Part shown: positions 54,833-64,000 of the stretch, one piece after another
Numbering within the stretch: the first letter of the stretch is position 1
How the letters are laid out: each line of letters opens with the position of its first letter
NCBI GenBank assembly: GCA_965248755.1
Contig: OZ252149.1
Span: 4,032,001 to 4,096,000, forward strand
From: Candidatus Latescibacterota bacterium
GTDB taxonomy: Bacteria; Latescibacterota; CBDEFO01
Direction of reading: 5' to 3'
Length of the DNA: 64,000 bases
Notes under the pieces: generated by a model
Told to the model about the DNA's origin: nothing
Databases searched by the model: none
Seen by the model: only the letters and a program-made list of their open reading frames with translations
Position numbers and translations under genes: made by a program

Positions 54833-57385
54833 ATGAACCCACCCTTTGCAAATATCATAAATTCCGGAGTAAATATTGGGACTATATTCAGGATGCTTCT
54901 GCCTCTTGGAGTCTTTATTGTCACGGGATTCCTACTCTCTAATCTGTTCCCGCTAATCCGCAGGAAATTTGAGGACCTGTCCGACAGGATCGTTCTGAGC
55001 GTCTATTTCGGCATGGCCTTCTACTCATTCCTTTTCATGCTCTTCAACGGCCTCTTCCACCTTCAAATATCCCTGATAAACATATATGTTGTATTTCTTA
55101 TAGTCCTTTTAGCCTGTGGAGTGTATTACCTTAAAAAGGGCATAGATTTGCGGGGTAATTTCTCCCGCGGTCAGCTTTTGATTCTCCTTTCTCTCTTTGT
55201 GATCTTCCTCTTATCCGTGGAACTCAGACTCACAGATACGCTCAAGCACCCGGATCTTCTCTTGACTACTGATCCTTATAGACACCACCCCAGAGTAAGA
55301 TATATAGTCGAAACTGGCGACATTGCAAGATGGGATCCTTTGATTATGGGAAAAGTCCCTATCTTTGAGATGCAGGGCAGCTACGTACTTACGGCGGTTA
55401 TAGCTTTGATCTCAGGATTTTCTCCGAAAGATGTGGTTAAATTTGGAAGCATCCTTATGGGATGTCTGGCAGTTATATCAGTCTACTTCCTTGGAAAATA
55501 CGCAATCAAGAAGAGCACCCTTTTAGGCGTCACAACAGCAGCGGTCCTCGCCGCCAGTCCGGTACATATAGTAAGGACAAGTATTGGTTTCAGTCAGAGC
55601 TGGTCACTGCCCTACTTTGCCCTGTTGCTGCTCTTTTTCTTGCTCTTCATACAATCGCGCCGGCTTCAGTTCGCCGCGATTCTTGGCATCTTCTACACCG
55701 CTATGGTTATGAGCAACCAGGTTAATGGGGTTTTGTTAGCTCCTCTCTTGGTTCTCTTTACGGTCGGTACAGCCGTTGTGTGTGCCCTGAAAAAGGACCA
55801 AGAATCCAGCCGAAGTATAATACTCGGCTCTTTTGTCGCCCTGACCATTTTCCTTATAATGATCGGCGTATGGGCATGGAGTATCCTCGGATCATCCCTT
55901 GTCAGCGGGTTGTCCGTAGCGAGCCGCGAGGCAACGGATACGATAGCTCGAAAAGACGCCAACTTCCTATTTGAGCTGTCCAGGAACATAGGCCCTCCGG
56001 TCCTCTGGGGAGGAATCCTCGGATTGGTCTTCCTTATTGCAGGGTTTTTCCCAGGTAGTCCGCTTCGGTTAGGACTCACCGACGGACAAGACAAGAAGGG
56101 CGAAAACCGCCTCAAAGTTAGGATGTTCCTGCCGATTTTTGGGAGAGAGTATGTCTTGGTGAAGATATTCTTGGCCGCTTATATTATCTTCTTTTTTGTT
56201 CTGATCCTGGGAACGAGCTACGGACTCCCCACCGTGATAGGGTCTTATTATAGATATTTTCTCCCTCTTTCTTATCCTCTTTGTCTTCTTGCCTCCTTTT
56301 TCCTTATCCTGGCCGCCGATAACGTCATTGCCCCGATTCGGCAGGGAATAGAGACGCTGATCGAAAGACAAAAAGACAAAGTGGAAGAAGTTCTGTTCAG
56401 CGTCACGTTTCAATGGGGAAAAAGCATTAAAAGATACTCTGTAGCTGCAAGAAAACTTATCTATTTGCCCTCCGTTGCCGTCTACTCTGGCCTTATTATC
56501 TTCCTGTTTTCCTTTGTTGCCAACAGCCGGGGGTGGGGCAGATGGGGACTGACGTTTACGTCTTCTGAATACGCAGCCTGCCAATGGATCAAACACAACC
56601 TTCCTAAAAACGCCCTGATAGCTACTAACTGGTTCGCCGCCGATCTTGTCCGAAGCTATACGCACAACGGCACTGTCCTGACCAATCTCAGAAAAAACAT
56701 TGACATGGTCAAGTCAAAAGACAATCTAAAGATTCCCGTTCTGAAAGGTCTGGAGAGCGTACTCGGGTTTTCTAAAAACAAAGATGTGGATCTGTACGTC
56801 CTCAAGGACAAATGGGGCCCCTATTACACGTTTAAAAATAACCCCAACTTCGAACTTATCTTCGAGACTGGAGAAAAAGATGACATCGCCCGGATATTTA
56901 AAGTTTCCAAAGGAGAGGTTATTACCGGTAACTTAGCCCTTTATGGCTTTCCCATCGGGGACTCCGAAACAGGTCGCATCATGAACCTAAACAGGATAAA
57001 CGACGGAGAGACGCTCAACGGGAAATTGGAATTCACAGCTTCTAGCAGGGGAAGAGCCAAAAAGGCTGAATGGGCGTGGTTCGGACTGGAGTTTGAAAAA
57101 TCAAAGATGATCTCCAGGATCGTCGCCTACACAGGGTGTTCAAACGATAAAAGCAAAATAGCCTTCATCCCCGACCAATACGTCCTTCAGTATTTGAGCG
57201 GCAAGAAGTGGAAGGACATTTCAAAAACCAGAGTCAGAAATAATAAAAAGTCCGAAATCTCCCATACGTTCAGACCGGTCTTCACCAAAAAGATCAGACT
57301 GTACGTTTACAGCCAGTGGAACGATTCCGGCAGAAAGAAAGGTGGGTTCTACAGAACATGCTTCAGAGAGCTAAAAGTCTATTAA
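54833..57385 (+). CDS. Large polytopic GT-C/STT3-like protein with C-terminal discoidin-like domain
   Basis: DPYRH after TMs, QWIKHNLP, late YVLQY..W and TKKIRLYV..ELKVY. Confidence 0.6.
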   Translation: MNPPFANIINSGVNIGTIFRMLLPLGVFIVTGFLLSNLFPLIRRKFEDLSDRIVLSVYFGMAFYSFLFMLFNGLFHLQISLINIYVVFLIVLLACGVYYLKKGIDLRGNFSRGQLLILLSLFVIFLLSVELRLTDTLKHPDLLLTTDPYRHHPRVRYIVETGDIARWDPLIMGKVPIFEMQGSYVLTAVIALISGFSPKDVVKFGSILMGCLAVISVYFLGKYAIKKSTLLGVTTAAVLAASPVHIVRTSIGFSQSWSLPYFALLLLFFLLFIQSRRLQFAAILGIFYTAMVMSNQVNGVLLAPLLVLFTVGTAVVCALKKDQESSRSIILGSFVALTIFLIMIGVWAWSILGSSLVSGLSVASREATDTIARKDANFLFELSRNIGPPVLWGGILGLVFLIAGFFPGSPLRLGLTDGQDKKGENRLKVRMFLPIFGREYVLVKIFLAAYIIFFFVLILGTSYGLPTVIGSYYRYFLPLSYPLCLLASFFLILAADNVIAPIRQGIETLIERQKDKVEEVLFSVTFQWGKSIKRYSVAARKLIYLPSVAVYSGLIIFLFSFVANSRGWGRWGLTFTSSEYAACQWIKHNLPKNALIATNWFAADLVRSYTHNGTVLTNLRKNIDMVKSKDNLKIPVLKGLESVLGFSKNKDVDLYVLKDKWGPYYTFKNNPNFELIFETGEKDDIARIFKVSKGEVITGNLALYGFPIGDSETGRIMNLNRINDGETLNGKLEFTASSRGRAKKAEWAWFGLEFEKSKMISRIVAYTGCSNDKSKIAFIPDQYVLQYLSGKKWKDISKTRVRNNKKSEISHTFRPVFTKKIRLYVYSQWNDSGRKKGGFYRTCFRELKVY

Positions 57386-57400
57386 ATATGTAGGCAGTAG

Positions 57401-57442
57401 CCCCTGATCCCCGATAGACGTAATCGGGGATTCAATCGGGGG
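57401..57442. repeat. Nested palindromic micro-elements
   Basis: CCCCTGAT[CCCCGATAGACGTAATCGGGG]ATTCAATCGGGGG. Confidence 0.8.
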
Positions 57443-57692
57443 TAGACGGGGCACCCCTCGCCTGCAATAGTCCCACCATTTTGCATCTTCATAATCTTGT
57501 CCAGACTGTTTTGACCTGATATTCAATCCCAACATTGCTATAGTAGAAAGGGATTAGTGGGGTCCTATAGTTGAAATCCATACCTATCTGCATCTTCGGC
57601 AGGGACTTTCTACATCGTGCACGCAGCAAATAGACTCAAAACAATTAGAAAAGGTCCCTAAAGTATATGCCTCAAGGACCTTTCGATTGTTT

Positions 57693-57766
57693 TGGCTGCG
57701 CCCCAGGGATTCGAACCCCAATTGACGGATCCAGAGTCCGCTGTCCTGCCATTAGACGAGGGCGCA
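57693..57766 (-). tRNA. tRNA-Gln(CTG)
   Basis: Cloverleaf, anticodon loop CTCTGGA, GTTCGAATC, encoded CCA. Confidence 0.95.
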
Positions 57767-57799
57767 GCGCTCAAGTTTCTTCTCTTTTCACTGAGTCAA

Positions 57800-59254
57800 C
57801 TACAGCAACTGCAGACTGCCATCTTTAAGAATAGATGCCGCCCTCGTAAGCCTCCCTATTACAGTCTCTTTTTCAAGGAGCGACATAAGTTCGAATAAAC
57901 CCGGACCGAAGGACATACCGGAAAGGGCAAGCCTTGTGGGATGCATAATCTTTGCGGCGGATACGTTCAATTCCTCGGCTAAAGCCTTTATCGTAGTCTC
58001 AATTGTCTTCTCATTGAACTTATCGAGTCTATCGATACGCTCTGCAAGGATCTCTAATCTGTCCGGGACGTGTGCATCCTTCCAGTACTTCTTGACGCCC
58101 TTGCTCTCGTATTTCTCCGGATCCACAAAGAAGTATCGTCCCAGTTTTACAAAGTCGTTAAGAGTGCGGACCCTTGTCTTGAGCAGGTCAACGACTGAAA
58201 TCAGCCACTCTCTTTTGTTCTGTAAGTCGGTATCATTAATTAATCCATCGGATTTGAAGAGACTTACGACCTCATAGAAGAGCTTGTCTGCGGGAGTATC
58301 GTTTATATACTGACTGTTAAGCCATTCTAATTTAGCTTCGTCAAATACGGCGTCTTTAACGCTGATTCCCTCGATGGAGAAGGCCTCAATAAGTTCGTCC
58401 ATGTCCATCTTCTCCCTGTCATCGCCGGGAGACCAGCCCAAAAGGGATAGAAAGTTGACGATGGCTTCTGGCAGATAGCCCTTCTTTTTATATTCTAAAA
58501 TGGAGGTAGCTGAATGTCTTTTTGAAAGTTTTCTTTTATCGGGAGCCAAGATCAAAGGCAGGTGGACAAATTTGGGTATAGGACATCCCAGGGCCTCAAA
58601 GAGCATAATCTGCTTTGGGGTATTGGATATATGATCCGCCGCTCTCATAACAAGGGAAATTCCCATCTGGGCGTCGTCCACAACGACAGCCAGATTGTAA
58701 AGGGGAGAACCATCGGCTCTAATGATGACAAAATCGCCTATTTGGTCGTTGTCAAATTTGATATGTCCACGGACCAGGTCATCAAAAGCTGTCCTCCCCT
58801 GCGGGACTTTAAATCTTATGACTTTGGGCGCGCCTCGTTCCTCGTACTTTTGAATCTGTTCTGAGGAAAGGTTGCGGCAGGTTCCGTCATATCTCCAGGG
58901 GATCTTATTCTTTTGAGCTTCTTTCCTCTTTTGATCCAAGCATTCAGGCGTGCAGTAGCAGTAGTACGTTTTGCCTTCTTCTAAAAGTCTGTATGCGCAT
59001 TCTCGATGCGCCTCCGCGTTTTGGGACTGAAGAAGGGGCTCTTTATCAAAATCTATGCCGAGCCATGCAAAGCCGTCTAGAATGGTATCGATAGATTCTT
59101 GAGAGGAGCGTTCTTTATCTGTGTCTTCTATTCTTAGAAGCAACTTGCCGCCGTACTTTTTGACGTAGATCCAGTTAAACACAGCCGTTCTGACGTTGCC
59201 TACGTGGAATCCTCCCGTAGGAGACGGCGCGAACCTGAGTATTTCATCCTTCAT
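57800..59254 (-). CDS. gltX: Glutamyl-tRNA synthetase
   Basis: RFAPSPTG.HVG, LRIEDTD, KLSKR. Confidence 0.96.
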   Translation of the reverse strand: MKDEILRFAPSPTGGFHVGNVRTAVFNWIYVKKYGGKLLLRIEDTDKERSSQESIDTILDGFAWLGIDFDKEPLLQSQNAEAHRECAYRLLEEGKTYYCYCTPECLDQKRKEAQKNKIPWRYDGTCRNLSSEQIQKYEERGAPKVIRFKVPQGRTAFDDLVRGHIKFDNDQIGDFVIIRADGSPLYNLAVVVDDAQMGISLVMRAADHISNTPKQIMLFEALGCPIPKFVHLPLILAPDKRKLSKRHSATSILEYKKKGYLPEAIVNFLSLLGWSPGDDREKMDMDELIEAFSIEGISVKDAVFDEAKLEWLNSQYINDTPADKLFYEVVSLFKSDGLINDTDLQNKREWLISVVDLLKTRVRTLNDFVKLGRYFFVDPEKYESKGVKKYWKDAHVPDRLEILAERIDRLDKFNEKTIETTIKALAEELNVSAAKIMHPTRLALSGMSFGPGLFELMSLLEKETVIGRLTRAASILKDGSLQLL

Positions 59255-59630
59255 CTGATATATTCTCGATTTGGACGGGGTTTTGATCCACGATTGAATC
59301 TATCGGCGACTGCGGTAGTTCCTGCTCCACGTCGATGCGTATTCCGCCAGCCCATTTGGAAATGAGGTTATAGACTATGACGCCTGCAGCCGAAATAGTA
59401 GCCCACAAGATACCCATAAAGGGAGCAAGGAAGAAGGGCACTACCAGAGCCATCCCAGTGGAAATACCCTCGGGTGCAAACTCGTCAGGTATTATGGCGC
59501 TAAAAAAGCCGGAGATGAGTAAGACAAAGGCGATCCAGAAGAAACCGTACAGAAGCCCTATAAAGAGTCCCACAAAAAATGTGATCTTGACGACTGACCA
59601 GACGTCTATGCGGCTAATTTCACAATTCAT
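59244..59630 (-). CDS. DUF3566-like membrane protein
   Basis: RIDVWSVVK, two TMs, YNLISKWAGGI. Confidence 0.7.
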   Translation of the reverse strand: MNCEISRIDVWSVVKITFFVGLFIGLLYGFFWIAFVLLISGFFSAIIPDEFAPEGISTGMALVVPFFLAPFMGILWATISAAGVIVYNLISKWAGGIRIDVEQELPQSPIDSIVDQNPVQIENISDEG

Positions 59631-59648
59631 TGGTCTGTAAGCGTTAAT

Positions 59649-59742
<94 letters not shown>

Positions 59743-59764
59743 AGGAATTGTCATCTTTGAATCT

Positions 59765-59855
59765 TGGCGGCGGGGGTAGGATTCGAACCCACGGGCCTGG
59801 GTTACAGGCCGACGGTTTTCAAGACCGCTCCCTTAAACCGCTCGGGCACCCCGCC
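59765..59855 (-). tRNA. tRNA-Ser(TGA)
   Basis: Long variable arm, anticodon loop CTTGAAA, encoded CCA. Confidence 0.95.
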
Positions 59856-59874
59856 GAATCCAAGTGGGGAACAG

Positions 59875-59898
59875 CCCCCGATTGAATCTAGTCGGGGG
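59875..59898. repeat. Palindromic micro-element in the tRNA leader
   Basis: CCCCCGATTGAATCTAGTCGGGGG between CAG and TAGACAGGGC. Confidence 0.8.
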
Positions 59899-59975
59899 TA
59901 GACAGGGCTTCTTCCCTCTATCTATTAATTTAGTGGCAGACTAGGGATTACGTATGTTGCCAATAAGAACTTTAA

Positions 59976-60004
59976 AATATAACAATTATTTGTCGAATAG
60001 TCAA
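59976..60004 (-). promoter_or_regulatory. Putative sigma70 promoter of the tRNA-Ser/gltX unit
   Basis: TTGACT-17-TATATT. Confidence 0.62.
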
Positions 60005-60258
60005 ATAAAAAGGGTTGCAGCCGGGTAATTTGGAAGCAGGGTTAGAGCAACATTGTTCGCTTGCCGTCGAGATTGACTCTACAATTGGAATCCTCTTTGT
60101 GTAACATCTTACAGTACAATATGATACGAAATAAATAGCTGATTTTACTTGCATTTAATGACTCAGTTTATTACTATTTACCTAGTGTATTACTATCTAT
60201 ATGTAGTTTATTTTGGACACTATATGGACACCAGAAAAAATAAGATGAAGGCTAGATA

Positions 60259-60888
60259 ATGTCAAAACAAACTTGGGGATACAGGAACTGGGTGATGCTC
60301 TCCGCGTATATAGTTGCTGGTATAGGCTTATTAGGAGCCTATCTTGCCTATCGTAATGGATCTGGCCCTAAAGATATTATAGAACTGCTTCTCCTTGATT
60401 TCACATTAATATCGATAATCATCTACTCATATTTGACAGCAAAAATAGCATCACGCATTGATGGGGCAATCCTCTATGGAATTAACCCTGACCCACATCC
60501 GATAGAAGAATTGGATACGGACTTTTATTTACACAACAGGTCCAATATTGTGATCCATGCGTATGTTTGCATGAGTCTGAAAACCTATGGCCAAAATGTT
60601 CCAATAAAGCATAAAGCCTATATAGGAAAAAAAGTATGGACGATTCCTTCTGGCAAGATATACACTGGCCACTTCTCTATGGCAGAGTTGCTTGAAGACC
60701 AAGGAAAGAATGTAGAGGAAATGAAAGCTAAAAGGACTGAAGGAAGCTCTGTAGAACAGTTAGTATTAGATATTGATGTCCGTTACAATAGTGCATTTGG
60801 AGAACATCAAGCAGGCTATCAGAGTTGGCATTTTGATTTTGAAAGAATGAGATGGGTAGCAGATCTAACACAGAAGGAAGAAGACTAG
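60259..60888 (+). CDS. Hypothetical membrane protein
   Basis: 209-aa AT-rich ORF with two N-terminal TMs. Confidence 0.6.
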   Translation: MSKQTWGYRNWVMLSAYIVAGIGLLGAYLAYRNGSGPKDIIELLLLDFTLISIIIYSYLTAKIASRIDGAILYGINPDPHPIEELDTDFYLHNRSNIVIHAYVCMSLKTYGQNVPIKHKAYIGKKVWTIPSGKIYTGHFSMAELLEDQGKNVEEMKAKRTEGSSVEQLVLDIDVRYNSAFGEHQAGYQSWHFDFERMRWVADLTQKEED

Positions 60889-60995
60889 AGACACTGTCTC
60901 TTCCTGACTGATTTTGATTAATCTTACAGCATCATAAGTTATCTCGGTGATCATTCACGACTGTTCGCATCAAGACAAAGCACAAACTAGCCCAG

Positions 60996-61586
60996 ATGGA
61001 GGGAAAATTGGTTGACAACGACGAATTTTATTTCGGATTGAAGAGCGACAGATGGATAAGAAAGTTGTCTTTCGAAGCAGCGATGATAGAGCCTTTTGTG
61101 GAAAGTCAAAAGAGGGATGGCGTCATTAGTTACGGTCTTTCCAGCTATGGATATGACATTCGGGTGGCAGATGAATTTAAGATATTCACGAATGTGAATA
61201 GCTCTATTGTCGATCCCAAGAATTTCGATCCCCAATCTTTCGTGGATTTCAAGGGGGATGTGTGTATTATCCCCCCGAATTCGTTCGCTCTTGCAAGGAC
61301 AGTTGAGTATTTCAGGATCCCCAGAAACGTCCTGACTGTGTGCCTTGGGAAATCCACTTACGCAAGGTGCGGTATAATAACAAACGTGACTCCTTTCGAA
61401 CCGGCCTGGGAGGGGCACGCCACCCTGGAGATTTCGAATACGACTCCTCTTCCAGCCAAAATATACGCCAATGAGGGTATAGCCCAAGTGTTGTTCTTTG
61501 AAAGCGGTGAGGAGTGCGAGATATCCTATGCGGATAAGAAGGGCAAATACCAGTCTCAAAAGGCGATTACTCTGCCGAGGATATAA
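60996..61586 (+). CDS. dcd: dCTP deaminase
   Basis: [28 protein letters not shown]; start uncertain. Confidence 0.93.
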   Translation: MEGKLVDNDEFYFGLKSDRWIRKLSFEAAMIEPFVESQKRDGVISYGLSSYGYDIRVADEFKIFTNVNSSIVDPKNFDPQSFVDFKGDVCIIPPNSFALARTVEYFRIPRNVLTVCLGKSTYARCGIITNVTPFEPAWEGHATLEISNTTPLPAKIYANEGIAQVLFFESGEECEISYADKKGKYQSQKAITLPRI

Positions 61587-61669
61587 TCCTTATCTTTTGC
61601 GCGATTGATATGTCTCGTCCTCATCCCTTAAGGCAAGCTCGCTCCTACCTGTAGTGACGGAGGACAGGG

Positions 61670-62074
61670 TCAATGGCCTCTTGCGGCCACTCTTAACCGG
61701 TTAAGGGTTCTCTCCAAAGCGGAATCGGCGCGGGCGATGTCGATTCCTGGATCTTTTACTCTGAGACGCTCCCTTGCCCTTGCCCTTGCGGCCTCTGCGC
61801 GCTCGGCATCTATTTCATCGAAGAATTCCGCCGTCTGGGCAAGGATTGTGACACCAGTTCTGAGAACCTCTGCAAAGCCGCCCGAAATAGCGGCGTATCT
61901 CCTATCTTTTCCAATTTCCCTAAGACTGATCTCACCAGTCCTCAAGGACGAAAGGAGGGGAATATGTCCAGTTAAGATCTCAAAGTCCCCCTCCGTGCCC
62001 GGGGCCCTCAATGCCTCGACATCGCCTGAGAAGAGGATGCGCTCTGGTGTCACTATTTCGAGCTTGAAGGACAT
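61670..62074 (-). CDS. atpC: ATP synthase epsilon subunit
   Basis: LEIVTPER, GHIPL, SGGFAEV. Confidence 0.95.
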   Translation of the reverse strand: MSFKLEIVTPERILFSGDVEALRAPGTEGDFEILTGHIPLLSSLRTGEISLREIGKDRRYAAISGGFAEVLRTGVTILAQTAEFFDEIDAERAEAARARARERLRVKDPGIDIARADSALERTLNRLRVAARGH

Positions 62075-62077
62075 AGT

Positions 62078-63625
<1,548 letters not shown>

Positions 63626-63697
63626 TTAGATTTGTTGAGCTTTCTCAAATGTTCTCTTGCTTCTTCTGCTTAACACTAAAACGTTTCACAACACTTT

Positions 63698-64000
63698 TCA
63701 TTCCAGATGGTCTGCGGCGAACCTGCCTATCGACTTTACCATATCTTCATCATCTTCACCATTGAACTCGTCAAAGCGACCGTGATCGGCATTGTTTCGA
63801 ATGTCGGCGAACGCGGTTATTCGCTTCTGAGTAAGCAAATTGTATACCTGTGCCTTAGCCAAATCCATGTTGAGTCTGTCAATCTTTGTCTTTGCGGGGC
63901 ACGGTAGCCCATGTTTTTGGCACAGCTTGCGCAGAGTGTCCTCTAGTACTGCGCCCGCAAGCGAAGCTGCAGGATTGTGGTACCCTTTGCTCAACAAGTA
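63698..64000 (-). CDS. HEPN/DUF4145-like protein (partial, runs off the window)
   Basis: AASLAGAVLE; RNNADH (Rx4H). Confidence 0.65.
   Translation of the reverse strand, partial: YLLSKGYHNPAASLAGAVLEDTLRKLCQKHGLPCPAKTKIDRLNMDLAKAQVYNLLTQKRITAFADIRNNADHGRFDEFNGEDDEDMVKSIGRFAADHLE

Noticed and set aside
57692..57898. 68-aa ORF MAAPQGFEP...
   Set aside because: Translation of the antisense strand of tRNA-Gln

Overview
Bacterial chromosomal window, diderm (it carries waaA). Two surface-glycan loci dominate. The first (5.4-19 kb) has DUF362, GT4, hddA/gmhA/gmhB/transaldolase heptose genes, GT2, SDR, Gfo/Idh/MocA, a methyltransferase and waaA. The second (39-57 kb) has a UDP-sulfoquinovose synthase, GT2s, several GT-C-like membrane proteins and twin non-canonical sulfatases. 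Housekeeping genes are apbE, a polyprenyl synthase, glnE, a carboxyltransferase, gltX, three tRNAs, dcd and atpD-atpC. The window is heavily remodelled by one IS3-family element: six full-length copies and two internally deleted ones, 4-bp target duplications, and an atypical 5'-CA left end. IS3 copies bound a ~3.2-kb inverted duplication of an orphan GajB-like UvrD helicase gene, and each copy of that gene was hit by a different IS. An IS1380 element carries a captured fragment of a sigma-54 activator gene. The most unusual signal is a 21-nt palindrome (CCCCGAT-N7-ATCGGGG) found about nine times. It occurs inside IS copies, in frame inside proteins, nested in itself, inside heptamer repeats and at an IS deletion junction, so it behaves like a micro mobile element. 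All calls are by eye from motifs; no database searches were run.
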